Source: Candidatus Omnitrophota bacterium (GTDB lineage Bacteria; Omnitrophota; Gorgyraeia; Gorgyraeales; Gorgyraeaceae). From it: DNA of 64,000 nt. Below, piece by piece: positions 1 to 9,322 of the stretch (positions are counted from its first letter, which is position 1; each line of letters starts with the position of its first letter). The notes under the pieces were generated by a model, which was not told the DNA's origin, searched no databases, and worked only from the letters and a program-made list of their open reading frames with translations. The DNA lies in contig JBDRCN010000001.1 in NCBI GenBank assembly GCA_043821705.1, positions 8,851 through 72,850 on the forward strand, written 5' to 3'. The translations under genes were made by a program, and so were the position numbers.

Positions 1-207
1 TTCCATAGTGATGTTCATCACCTTTAGAGGCACACCAAGATCTTTACTGGCTTTCGTAGCCTGATGCATGCAACCTTTGGACGTACAAGTGCAGAACACT
101 GTCAAAAAATTCAGCGCATGCACTTCTATCCCCTGCTCCAGCATAAGTTTTATCGCCAGCATACTATCCAATCCACCAGAAAATAACGCCACAGCTTTTC
201 TATTCAT
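1..207 (-). CDS. PP-loop superfamily ATP pyrophosphatase (ThiI/QueC/MnmA-like), N-terminal 69 aa only; gene runs off window start
   Basis: Reverse translation from ATG at 205-207 gives MNRKAVALFSGGLDSMLAIKLMLEQGIEVHALNF... with the SGGxDS PP-loop motif. The ORF is open to position 1. Confidence 0.6.
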   Translation of the reverse strand, partial: MNRKAVALFSGGLDSMLAIKLMLEQGIEVHALNFLTVFCTCTSKGCMHQATKASKDLGVPLKVMNITME

Positions 208-223
208 ATAATTTCTTTCTTAT

Positions 224-311
224 AGCAGCGGGTCCTGTCCAAGATTCACCCCGCAAGTGCTCGCAAAACTCCTGCGCGCTTGCAGGGACCCCAATCTCGG
301 CCACCCGCTGC
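224..311 (-). repeat. Repeat family B copy B1 (~85 nt palindromic element, terminal IR agcagcgggt/acccgctgct)
   Basis: Reverse complement matches 57194-57272 at about 90% identity. It has nested inverted repeats (ccctgcaag / cttgcgggg). Confidence 0.8.
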
Positions 312-399
312 CACAATAATAATTTAAATGCCTCTTTCAGATACAGTTAAACAAAGTCGCGAACAAGCTCCTGAATAGCTTCTAACTATAAGTAAAAAG

Positions 400-554
400 A
401 GCAGCTTGGTTGGTTCTAGAAGCATCTTGAAAATTCGAGCGGGCATGGTCCCCGCCTATTTTAGCACGATGCGGGGGAGCGAGAATTTTCATGAAGCGCA
501 GGATTCCCACGCTGGGGGAATCCAAGCGGTGCTGATAGAATCAGCCAAGCTGCT
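400..554 (+). mobile_element. Repeat family A copy A1 (MITE-like, ~155 nt, about 10-bp terminal inverted repeats agcagcttgg / ccaagctgct)
   Basis: Shares a conserved core with 2184-2338, 19526-19803 and the reverse complement of 56868-57044. The core reads ctagaagcatcttgaaaatt-gagcgggca...gagaattttcatgaagcg-aggattYcc-Ncgctgg-ggRaatcc-Ragcggtgctgatag. Confidence 0.85.
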
Positions 555-1878
555 CCTTTTCTTTACCAGAAATGTTCCGTATCTTCTCGAGATACTCCTT
601 TAACTTCTTTTCGTAGCCGATGTCTGTCGGCTCATAATATATCTTTTTCTCTGGTATATAGTCCTGCTCTACATAATGGTCTTTGTAACTATGTGCATAT
701 TTATAGCCTTCACCTTTACCTAGTTTTTTCTCTCCGCTATAAACAGCATTTTTTAAATGCTTTGGCACTTCCATGGTCCTGCCTTCCTCAACATCCTTCA
801 TCGCTTTATTTATCCCTAGATAACTTGCATTACTTTTTGGCGCGCATGCTATGTAACACACTGCTTGAGCCAGAGGGATCCTGCATTCAGGCATACCTAC
901 AAAATCAGCTACCTGGAATGCTGCATTCGCCAGCACCAAGGCCTGCGGGTCAGCATTTCCCACATCCTCACTCGCGCATATGACTATACGACGAGCAATA
1001 AATCTCGGGTCCTCTCCTCCATAAAGCATCTTTGCAAGCCAGTAAAGAGCTGCATCTGGATCAGAACCTCGCATACTCTTAATAAAAGCTGATATAGTAT
1101 CATAGTGTTCATCTTCATCCCTGTCATAGGCAATAGCTTTTTTCTGTATACTTTCTTCTGCAACCTTTAGTGTAAAATCTATCGCACCACTCTTGCCAGG
1201 TTTTGTGGTCAAAACTCCTACCTCTAATGCGTTCAAGGCCCTTCTAGCATCCCCGTCAGAGACATCACCTAAAAATTCCAAGGCCTTTTTTTCTACATTT
1301 ATTTTTTTATTACCAAAACCTCTCTCTTGATCTTTCAGGGCATTCTCCAATATTTTAACGATCTCGGGTTTAGCTAATTTTTTTAGTTCAAAGACTATTG
1401 AGCGTGATATTAAAGGTGAGACAAGTGAAAAAAATGGATTGTGCGTCGTAGCGCCTATCAAGACAGGGTTGCCTTTTTCCACATCCCCCATCAGGACATC
1501 CTGTTGCGCTTTATTGAACCTATGGATCTCATCTATAAAAAGGATGGTCTTCTTGTTGGTAGACGACTCTCTTTCCTTTGCAGAACGAAGAGCATCCCTT
1601 AACTCCTGCACATTCGAAGAGACTGCATTTATATCATGAAAGTAACTACCTGTGATCCTGGCTACCACATGGGCAAGCGTGGTCTTGCCTGTGCCAGGAG
1701 GCCCATAAAGTATAAGAGAGGATATTCTGTCAGCGTCTATTGCGCGACGCAGAAGCTTCTCTTCTCCCAATATATGTTCCTGTCCTATAAATTCATCCAG
1801 GTTCACAGGACGCATCCTGACAGCTAAAGGAGAGAACTTACTTATAGAGTTTTTTTGAGAATAAAATAGATCCGCCAT
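541..1878 (-). CDS. rarA: Recombination factor RarA/MgsA (AAA+ ATPase)
   Basis: 445-aa ORF with a Walker A motif (GPPGTGKTT) and the MgsA C-terminal domain. The last 4 codons and the stop lie inside the A1 repeat. Confidence 0.9.
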   Translation of the reverse strand: MADLFYSQKNSISKFSPLAVRMRPVNLDEFIGQEHILGEEKLLRRAIDADRISSLILYGPPGTGKTTLAHVVARITGSYFHDINAVSSNVQELRDALRSAKERESSTNKKTILFIDEIHRFNKAQQDVLMGDVEKGNPVLIGATTHNPFFSLVSPLISRSIVFELKKLAKPEIVKILENALKDQERGFGNKKINVEKKALEFLGDVSDGDARRALNALEVGVLTTKPGKSGAIDFTLKVAEESIQKKAIAYDRDEDEHYDTISAFIKSMRGSDPDAALYWLAKMLYGGEDPRFIARRIVICASEDVGNADPQALVLANAAFQVADFVGMPECRIPLAQAVCYIACAPKSNASYLGINKAMKDVEEGRTMEVPKHLKNAVYSGEKKLGKGEGYKYAHSYKDHYVEQDYIPEKKIYYEPTDIGYEKKLKEYLEKIRNISGKEKEQLG

Positions 1879-2136
1879 GATAAGTGTTTAAAAAAAATCC
1901 CCACTGATGCCGCAAGAAAGAACGTTTTACGAACCCTTCGATCAAGTGGGCTCCTTCTTAGATATTTATTGTTTCCCTGCTCAGTTCCTGCAAGGCCTAC
2001 AGCCATATCTAAAGTCAGGCTCCCATTAACATAGTGTTGGTTCAAAAACTCTTCATTCCTGCGCACATCGTAGGGACAGTTTAATTATAACATAACTTTG
2101 ACTGTAAAGCAAAATCTTAAAATAACTCCCTTACTT

Positions 2137-2153
2137 AGCAGCCACCCGCTGCT
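2137..2153. repeat. Family B remnant (joined terminal IRs agcagc|cacccgctgct, footprint-like)
   Basis: gccacccgctgct equals the B-family terminus, and only the two ends are present back to back. Confidence 0.5.
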
Positions 2154-2183
2154 AAGCGAAAAGTTGTATGACGCTATATAGTA

Positions 2184-2338
2184 GCTGTCTTGGCTCAGAC
2201 CTAGAAGCATCTTGAAAATTAGAGCGGGCACGGTTGCCCTAGACCATACATGTCTTGCAGAGCGAGAATTTTCATGAAGCGAAGGATTTCCTCGCTGGGG
2301 AAATCCGAGCGGTGCTTATAGGGCTGAGCCAAGACAGC
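2184..2338 (+). mobile_element. Repeat family A copy A2 (15-bp TIR gctgtcttggctcag / ctgagccaagacagc)
   Basis: Core identical to A1 except for compensatory changes in the ggatttcc/ggaaatcc stem. Its 3' end abuts the pheT stop codon. Confidence 0.85.
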
Positions 2339-4399
2339 CTAACGTATCTCTACGCCCAGCTTTTTTACAAGCGCTTCTTGTACTTTCATATGAAGAGCCT
2401 GGACATCTTCATCTTTCAGGGTTTTTTCATCCGAACGATATTCTACGCTATAAGCTAAACTCTTTTTGCCATCTTGTATCTGTTGGCCCTTATATATATC
2501 AAAGATGTCAATGGAAGTTACTAGCCCTCCTCCTTCAGCCCTTATGACATTAAATATGTTTTCAGCGCTTAGATCATTACTAGCGATCATCGATATATCT
2601 CTCTTCATGGAGGGATATTTAGGAAGTGCCTTGAACCTGGTAGGTATTACGTGATCTATTAGTTCTTCAAAATCTATCTCAGCAATATAAACCTTGTCCT
2701 TGATATCGAAGAACCTGGCTGTCTTTTCCTTGACCTCTCCGAGACTACCTATCTTGATATTCCCGATCTTTAAGTCTAAGGCCATGTCTTCCCTAAAGAT
2801 AGTGTACTCGCCTTTTTCCAGCTTATAGTCTTTCACACCTAAAGAGACCAAGAATTTTTCTACCACGCCTTTCATGTCGAAGAAATCTATCTCTCGAGAA
2901 TGTTCTTTCCAATTGCCAGGAGTATTCCCGAATATAGCCATAGAGACCATGTTTTTTTCTTTTATCTCGTTCTTGGCCCTGTCTATACTATAGACCTTAT
3001 TGATCTCAAAAAGTTTGACAAGAGAATTTCTTCTATTTATATTCCAGCTTAATACCTCGAGCATCTCTGCGACAAGGGTTGGCCTCATGAATGCCTGATT
3101 CGCACTTAATGGATTTTGTAAGCGAACTACATTGTCAAATGATATGCCCAATGTCTCAATGCTAGCACGACTCGTAAGAGTATAAGTGACTACTTCGTTA
3201 AGCCCGAGTCTTGTCAATATCTCTTTTGATCTTTTTTTCAAGGCAGTGAGTGTCTTCTTTTCTTCTTCGTATAACTTCCCTATAGAAAGTCTTGGCAGTT
3301 TTGAAGGTACCTTATCATAGCCATATATACGGACGATCTCCTCTATGAGATCAATATCTCTTTCCAGATCCTGCCTATATATAGGTACTTTTACTGTTAT
3401 CTTATTCTTTGTCTTCTTGGAGATCTTAAGATCTAATCCTGCTAAAGATGCAATAACATCTTTTCTACTGATATCTATCCCTAATATCCTGGGTATCTCG
3501 CCTAGATCTAAAGATATCTCTTTTTCTTTTAAGATCTTTCCTCCTACATCAGTAAGATTTCCTGAGCACCTAGCTTTGGCAATATTCTTTATCATCTCCT
3601 GCGCTCTCATACTAGCTGAATAGACCATTGCAGGATCCACTCCTCTTTCAAATCTATAGCTTGATTCAGATGCTAGAGCTAATTTTCGTTGTGTCTTTCT
3701 TACGCTGACTGGGTCAAAATATGCGCTCTCTAAAAATATTGTCTTGGTCTCTTCAGTGATCTCAGTGTCCAGGCCTCCCATAATACCTGCTACTGCAACT
3801 GGTTTTACATCATCAGCTATTATAAGCATTGTAGGGTCAAGCTCTCTTCTTACACCGTCAATAGTGGTAAGCTCTTCTCCTTTTCTAGCGCGCCTGACAA
3901 TGATCCTTTGTTTTTCTAATTTCTCCAAGTCAAATGCATGGAGGGGCTGGCCTGTCTCAAATAATACATAATTAGTTATATCAACTATATTATTTACGCT
4001 TCTTACTCCCATGGCATTCAGTCTCTCGACGAGCCATTCAGGAGAAGGCCCTACTTTTACATTTTTCATAATGCATCCTACATACCTAGGGCAGGCTTTT
4101 TTATCCTCTATCTCTACTTTTGCCTTGCCCCTGGCTGGACCCTTTTTCATGTAAGATTTTTTTATAGACGCTGGCAGATTAAGAGTCTTCTTAGTAGCAC
4201 TGGCTAGTTCTCTAGCTACACCTATAATAGACAGGCAATCAGGCCTATTGGGCGTGATCTCTATATCCATGACATGGTCTTTACCCGTCTCTAAAGAACC
4301 TTCTACTTCAAGGCCTGTCATGGTAAGAGCTTGTTTTATCTCTTCAAGCCCTGCTTTTATATGGACAAAATCCTTTAACCAGTTTAATGTAACTCGCAT
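2339..4399 (-). CDS. pheT: Phenylalanine--tRNA ligase beta subunit (no N-terminal OB/tRNA-binding domain)
   Basis: 686-aa ORF whose N-terminus is MRVTLNWLKDFV and which has B3/4, B5 and FDX-ACB domain signatures. Confidence 0.9.
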   Translation of the reverse strand: MRVTLNWLKDFVHIKAGLEEIKQALTMTGLEVEGSLETGKDHVMDIEITPNRPDCLSIIGVARELASATKKTLNLPASIKKSYMKKGPARGKAKVEIEDKKACPRYVGCIMKNVKVGPSPEWLVERLNAMGVRSVNNIVDITNYVLFETGQPLHAFDLEKLEKQRIIVRRARKGEELTTIDGVRRELDPTMLIIADDVKPVAVAGIMGGLDTEITEETKTIFLESAYFDPVSVRKTQRKLALASESSYRFERGVDPAMVYSASMRAQEMIKNIAKARCSGNLTDVGGKILKEKEISLDLGEIPRILGIDISRKDVIASLAGLDLKISKKTKNKITVKVPIYRQDLERDIDLIEEIVRIYGYDKVPSKLPRLSIGKLYEEEKKTLTALKKRSKEILTRLGLNEVVTYTLTSRASIETLGISFDNVVRLQNPLSANQAFMRPTLVAEMLEVLSWNINRRNSLVKLFEINKVYSIDRAKNEIKEKNMVSMAIFGNTPGNWKEHSREIDFFDMKGVVEKFLVSLGVKDYKLEKGEYTIFREDMALDLKIGNIKIGSLGEVKEKTARFFDIKDKVYIAEIDFEELIDHVIPTRFKALPKYPSMKRDISMIASNDLSAENIFNVIRAEGGGLVTSIDIFDIYKGQQIQDGKKSLAYSVEYRSDEKTLKDEDVQALHMKVQEALVKKLGVEIR

Positions 4400-4441
4400 A
4401 AAAACCTACCTCTCTGGATTTAACATAAAATAAAAACCTTA

Positions 4442-4867
4442 TTACGGAGTAGTAATATCCGTAATAAGCCCGTCTTTAATAACTAGAGTTCTGGTATTTG
4501 TTATTAATGGGCCTATAACTACTTGTCGACTTGTTGTAATGCCTTGAGAATTGTCTCCTGAATAATAGTCTGCTGCTCTTACATATCCACTAGCAGTCAC
4601 ATCCCCACTAGCAGTTATAGCGCCACTAACTGTCAAGCTGCCAGGGTCGCCCGCATCTCCTATCAATACATCTCCTGGATTAGTAGTAGGATCCGGCGCA
4701 GCAGTATTAACACCTAATGTAACTGTCTGGAGTTGAGTGTACACCCCATGTGGCGATGGATAATAAGTTGTAAGCCGAAGCTCTTCTCTTGCCATAGTCT
4801 CCATGCCGAATGATAAAAGAACTGCTAAAGCCAAACAAGCTGTAAATATCTTTTTCTCTTTACTCAT
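4442..4867 (-). CDS. Hypothetical secreted Thr/Gly-rich protein (signal peptide)
   Basis: 141-aa ORF with an N-terminal hydrophobic signal. The local GC content is higher than the surroundings. Confidence 0.5.
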   Translation of the reverse strand: MSKEKKIFTACLALAVLLSFGMETMAREELRLTTYYPSPHGVYTQLQTVTLGVNTAAPDPTTNPGDVLIGDAGDPGSLTVSGAITASGDVTASGYVRAADYYSGDNSQGITTSRQVVIGPLITNTRTLVIKDGLITDITTP

Positions 4868-4891
4868 ATCCCCCTCCTTAAATGAGCACTT

Positions 4892-5060
4892 GAATTACAG
4901 TAAATTTATTTACTGTAATTCAATCTCCTCTGGTTAGCACCTCCCGAAGGTGCGAATTTAATCCCGCTCTTTTGGTAGCAACTACTAGCGTTACGGCCAA
5001 AAGGGCGGGATTAGTTCGGACAGTGACTTATGTTCACTCACTTCGTTCGTTCCATAAGTC
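4892..5060. repeat. Cluster of perfect palindromes (gaattacagtaaat/atttactgtaattc; aatcccgctcttttgg/ccaaaagggcgggatt; gtgacttatg/cataagtcac)
   Basis: Three strong inverted repeats lie in the 200-bp spacer between pheS and the upstream gene and are candidate terminators. Confidence 0.6.
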
Positions 5061-5069
5061 ACGTCCTCA

Positions 5070-6089
5070 CTAAAACTGTTTTAGAAATCTAATATCATTT
5101 TCATAAAAAAGCCTTATATCATCTATCCCGTGCTTAAGCATACAGATCCTGTCAATACCCATGCCAAACGCAAAACCAGTATATTTTAAAGGGTCATATT
5201 TTACGCATTCAAAGACCCTGGGGTTTATCATCCCGCATCCTAGTATCTCCAGCCATCCTTTATGAGAACAGACCCTGCAGCCCTTGCCTCCGCATATAAA
5301 ACATGATATATCCACTTCAGCTGATGGCTCTGTAAAAGGAAAATAATGCGGCCTGAACCTCATCTTAACATTATCCCCAAAATATTCTTTAGCGAATTTT
5401 TCTAGTAACCCCTTCAGGTCGCTGAACACTATTCCCTCATCCACCATAAATCCCTCTATCTGATAGAACATGAATGAATGCGATGCATCTACTGCATCAG
5501 GCCTATATACCTTCCCAGCATGTACTATCTGTATAGGTGGTTTTTCTTTTTCCATGATCCTGATCTGAGCAGTAGAGGTCTGGCTTCTAAGGAGCATGCC
5601 ATTTTCTACATAAAATGTATGGAATGTCTCTCGTGAAGGATGGTTGCTTGGTATGTTAAGTGCTTCAAAATTATAAAACTCTGTTTCTATCTCGGGAGAA
5701 TCCACTGATTTAAACCCAATAGAAGTAAATATGTTTATTATATCCTCCATGGTCTTCATCAGGGGATGAGCATGCCCTATCTCATTTTTTATACCAGGAA
5801 GCGATGTGTCTTTATATTCAAAGCGCGATCTCTCTTCTTCCTTGAAGGCATTTTCCTTTTCCTCTATCAAGCCGGAAACCTTGTTCTTCATCTCATTTAT
5901 AAACTGCCCTACTTTTGGTTTATCTTTTTTTGGCACGTTCTTGAGACCTTTAAAAGAAAGCGTGATCTCGCCCTTTCTGCCAAGATATTTTATCCTAAGC
6001 TCTTCAATGCCTGCTAAAGAACTTGCTTCCATCACTTCTTTCAGCGCGCTCTTTTCTATATTTTTAAATTTTTCCATTGCCTTCATCAT
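5070..6089 (-). CDS. pheS: Phenylalanine--tRNA ligase alpha subunit
   Basis: 339-aa ORF with class II aaRS motifs (FRPHYFPFTEP, GMGIDR). Confidence 0.95.
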   Translation of the reverse strand: MMKAMEKFKNIEKSALKEVMEASSLAGIEELRIKYLGRKGEITLSFKGLKNVPKKDKPKVGQFINEMKNKVSGLIEEKENAFKEEERSRFEYKDTSLPGIKNEIGHAHPLMKTMEDIINIFTSIGFKSVDSPEIETEFYNFEALNIPSNHPSRETFHTFYVENGMLLRSQTSTAQIRIMEKEKPPIQIVHAGKVYRPDAVDASHSFMFYQIEGFMVDEGIVFSDLKGLLEKFAKEYFGDNVKMRFRPHYFPFTEPSAEVDISCFICGGKGCRVCSHKGWLEILGCGMINPRVFECVKYDPLKYTGFAFGMGIDRICMLKHGIDDIRLFYENDIRFLKQF

Positions 6090-6098
6090 TACCTCCGG

Positions 6099-6776
6099 CT
6101 ATTTTTCAATATGATACTTTTTCTTGAACTTATCTAGGTGATCGTTTGAACCTATGATGATAAACACATCCTCATCTTTTACTATATAATCTGCTTTTGG
6201 CGCTACATTGATCTCTGCCTTTTCATCCGGGCCCTTTTTTCTGACTGCTATGATATTCAGATCATGCTCTGCCCTGACATCTAGATCCCTTATGGATTTA
6301 CCTATATATTCTTTTGGTACTACTGTCTCCATGATCCCGAATTCAGGAGAAAGCTCTATGTGCTCCAAGACAGAAGGAGAGACTAATGAATTAGCGACCC
6401 TGACGCCCATATCTTTTTCAAGATTAACAACCTTACTCGCCCCTACTTTCTCGAGGACCTTGCTGTGTTCATCTGTAACTGCTCTTGCTACTATATATGC
6501 AACCCCGAGCTCCTTTAAAAGAAGGGTTGTCAGCACTGATGCTTCAAGATTCGTGCCTATAGCGACTACTGCTACATCCACGTTCATAATGCCTACAGCC
6601 CTTAATGCCTTCTCGTCTGTAGAATCCACCTGGACACTTTCCGTGACAGTATCTGAAACACTCTGCACTAGTTCTTCATCTTTATCTATTGCAAGCACCT
6701 GATGGCCTTTTTCACTTAAGGTCTTAGCTACGCTTAATCCAAACCTTCCCAAGCCTATTACTGCGAACTGTCTCAT
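6099..6776 (-). CDS. trkA: Potassium uptake protein TrkA (KTN NAD-binding plus C-terminal domain)
   Basis: 225-aa ORF; the GLGRFG Rossmann motif supports the call. Confidence 0.85.
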   Translation of the reverse strand: MRQFAVIGLGRFGLSVAKTLSEKGHQVLAIDKDEELVQSVSDTVTESVQVDSTDEKALRAVGIMNVDVAVVAIGTNLEASVLTTLLLKELGVAYIVARAVTDEHSKVLEKVGASKVVNLEKDMGVRVANSLVSPSVLEHIELSPEFGIMETVVPKEYIGKSIRDLDVRAEHDLNIIAVRKKGPDEKAEINVAPKADYIVKDEDVFIIIGSNDHLDKFKKKYHIEK

Positions 6777-6793
6777 AAAAGATCTCCTTTTTA

Positions 6794-8152
6794 TTATCCT
6801 ACCATTACCTTCTCTGTAGGATATTTATAAAAGATTTTATCCTCTTTCATTGCTACTGCTAATGCGAGCGTAAGAGGGCCAACCCTCCCTACGAACATAG
6901 TTATCATTATAACTATCTTCCCAAGAACACTGAGAAGCGGGGTGATGCCTGTTGAAAGCCCTACTGTCCCAAATGCTGATGTCACTTCAAATAATATCCT
7001 TAAAAAATAATTCGGCATCAATAGATTCTTTTCTTCGATAAAACACAGTAGCATTGTGACCACTACTATCCATGTGAGCGATAATCCAGCTATCATAACT
7101 GCTTTTCTAAATATAGGCTTTGGTATAGTGCGTTTAAAGATCTGTATATGGTTCCTATTTTTTATCATGCTGAGCGCGCCTGCTATCAAGACACCGAATG
7201 TGCAGGTCTTTATGCCTCCTCCTGTAGAACCAGGAGAAGCCCCTATGAACATAAGTAAAATCATAAAAAATAACGTAGGGCTCGTAAGAGCCATCATAGG
7301 TATTGTATTGAACCCTGCTGTCCTAGTAGTCGTGGACTGAAAGAATGAAGTAAGGAATTTTTCCTTCCACGACAAACCTTCTAAAGAATAACTATTTTCC
7401 AGTATAAGAAACGCTACTGCACCCACCACCAAAAGAGACACGCTTACACTAAAAGCTATTTTTGTCTGTAAGCTCAATTTTGACATGAGCTGCTTTATGT
7501 CTTCATTCGTCCTTAAGAATATTTTTTTAAAGAACCACTTGAATATCTTTGGGATATCGATAAGTACTATAAAACCTATGCCGCCTAATATAATAAGCGC
7601 CATCATCACAATGTTCACGAACATATCAGATCTATAATTTATAAAACTGCTACTATTGAGAGAAAAACCAGCATTGCAAAAACTAGATATAGAATGGAAC
7701 ACTGAGCTATCTATGTCAGCGAACCTTCTATTGAATAATACTGCGCCTATTGCCTCTATCCCGAACGTTATCCCTAACACATAAAGGATAAGGCTCTTTA
7801 AACCCACTACGCTATGATGGTCCATTGCGCTTTTTACAACAATGTTCTCACGTAAAGTAAGCTTTCTGCCTAAAAGTATAGCAAAGAACGTGGACATGGT
7901 CATTATGCCAAGCCCGCCTATCTGCATAAGAAAGAGTATTATTCCCTTACCAAATCTCGAAAAATCCTTGCCAGTATCTCTTACTATCAGGCCTGTCACA
8001 CAAGTAGCGCTCGTTGCAGTGAACAATGCATCCACTCCACCTATAGATCTCCCATTCGCAGAACTCTGCGGCAGGGAAAGGAGGATAGCGCCTATGCATA
8101 TTGCAACAAGAAAGCTTATTAAGACCACTTGTGCTGGTTTAAGTTTACGCAT
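6794..8152 (-). CDS. trkH: Potassium transporter TrkH/KtrB family
   Basis: 452-aa polytopic membrane protein with repeated GGxG selectivity-like motifs. Confidence 0.85.
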   Translation of the reverse strand: MRKLKPAQVVLISFLVAICIGAILLSLPQSSANGRSIGGVDALFTATSATCVTGLIVRDTGKDFSRFGKGIILFLMQIGGLGIMTMSTFFAILLGRKLTLRENIVVKSAMDHHSVVGLKSLILYVLGITFGIEAIGAVLFNRRFADIDSSVFHSISSFCNAGFSLNSSSFINYRSDMFVNIVMMALIILGGIGFIVLIDIPKIFKWFFKKIFLRTNEDIKQLMSKLSLQTKIAFSVSVSLLVVGAVAFLILENSYSLEGLSWKEKFLTSFFQSTTTRTAGFNTIPMMALTSPTLFFMILLMFIGASPGSTGGGIKTCTFGVLIAGALSMIKNRNHIQIFKRTIPKPIFRKAVMIAGLSLTWIVVVTMLLCFIEEKNLLMPNYFLRILFEVTSAFGTVGLSTGITPLLSVLGKIVIMITMFVGRVGPLTLALAVAMKEDKIFYKYPTEKVMVG

Positions 8153-8502
8153 TATTTTTTATTTGCGATCTCTACTATCTTCTTAAAAGTGCTCTTATCA
8201 TTAGCTGCTATATCAGCTAAGACTTTTCTATTTAAGGCTATCTTAGAATCCTTAAGGGACTTTATAAATTTACTATATGATACCCCTAGTTCCTTACATG
8301 CATTCGAGATCCTAAGTATCCAGAGATTTCTAAATGTCCTCTTCTTTGCCCTTCTATCTCTCGTGGCATACATCAGAGCCTTGTTCACTGACTCCATTGC
8401 ATTCCTGTGCCACTTACTTCTTCCAGCCCTCTGGCCCTTAGCAAGTTTTGAGACCTTTTTTCTGCGAGCCCTTGATGCTGGGCCGTATTTTACACGTGCC
8501 AT
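8152..8502 (-). CDS. rplT: 50S ribosomal protein L20
   Basis: The 116-aa ORF begins MARVKYGPASRARRKK. Confidence 0.95.
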   Translation of the reverse strand: MARVKYGPASRARRKKVSKLAKGQRAGRSKWHRNAMESVNKALMYATRDRRAKKRTFRNLWILRISNACKELGVSYSKFIKSLKDSKIALNRKVLADIAANDKSTFKKIVEIANKK

Positions 8503-8521
8503 CTTCGTTACCTCCTAATTT

Positions 8522-8719
8522 TCAACCGTATGGTAATAATTTCTTTGTTATTCGCGCGACCTTACCTGTGATCGTGATGCCTTTTCTAAGGTGGCGCTTT
8601 CTGTTCTTTGATTTTGATGTTAAAAGATGTCTTTTTCCACCTTTATGTGCCTGCAACTTCCCCCTCTTTGATAGTTTAAAGCGTTTCCTAGCGCTCTTGT
8701 TAGTCTTTAATTTCGGCAT
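8522..8719 (-). CDS. rpmI: 50S ribosomal protein L35
   Basis: The 65-aa ORF begins MPKLKTNKSARKRFK. Confidence 0.95.
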   Translation of the reverse strand: MPKLKTNKSARKRFKLSKRGKLQAHKGGKRHLLTSKSKNRKRHLRKGITITGKVARITKKLLPYG

Positions 8720-8731
8720 TATCTTCTCCTT

Positions 8732-9268
8732 TTAATCAGCTGCTTTGGCTGAACCTCGTGTCATAAAATATGCTATTATGTTCCTTCCATCCCTGGTAGG
8801 GCCTTTTTCTATCTCACCTACATCTGATAGGTCAGCTACTATCCTGTCCATTATCTTTTTACCTAGATCTATATGGGACATCTGTCTTCCCCTGAATGTC
8901 ATTGTGACCTTCGCCTTGTCCCCTCTTCCTAAAAACCTCTTAAGGTGGTGTAGTTTCACCTGATAGTCATGCTCTTCGATGTTGGGTTTTAATTTTATCT
9001 CTTTTAGATGTATTATCTTTTGATGTTTTTTAGCTTCTTTAGCTTTTTTCTCCTGCTCGTATTTATATTTACTATAATCCATGATCCTGCAGACTGGAGG
9101 AGATGAAGCACCAGAAACCTCTACAAGGTCCAACCCTACATCCTGTGCCTTCTGTATCGCATCTTGAGTAGCTACTATCCCCATCTGTTCACCATCTGGC
9201 CCTATGAGCCTGACTTCTTTGATCCTGATCCTTTGATTGATCCTTAATTCACGTGAAATAACTACCAC
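8732..9268 (-). CDS. infC: Translation initiation factor IF-3
   Basis: 178-aa ORF with a GTG start directly after AGGAGG and an IF3 N/C domain sequence. Confidence 0.9.
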   Translation of the reverse strand: MVVISRELRINQRIRIKEVRLIGPDGEQMGIVATQDAIQKAQDVGLDLVEVSGASSPPVCRIMDYSKYKYEQEKKAKEAKKHQKIIHLKEIKLKPNIEEHDYQVKLHHLKRFLGRGDKAKVTMTFRGRQMSHIDLGKKIMDRIVADLSDVGEIEKGPTRDGRNIIAYFMTRGSAKAAD

Positions 9269-9274
9269 CTCCTG

Positions 9275-9318
9275 TTTTCGTGATTCGTAATCCGTGATTC
9301 GTGATTCGTAATCAACGT
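9275..9318 (-). promoter_or_regulatory. Tandem heptamer repeats (ACGAATC-like x4) in the thrS-infC spacer
   Basis: On the minus strand the sequence gattACGAATCACGAATCACGGATTACGAATCACGAaaacaggagg sits immediately 5' of the infC RBS. A related copy lies upstream of prs at 37925-37956. Confidence 0.5.
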
Positions 9319-9322
9319 TGGG

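Noticed and set aside
1842-2066. 74-aa minus-strand ORF between rarA and pheT
   Set aside because: It overlaps the rarA 5' end and the upstream spacer, has no RBS or motif, and is likely spurious.
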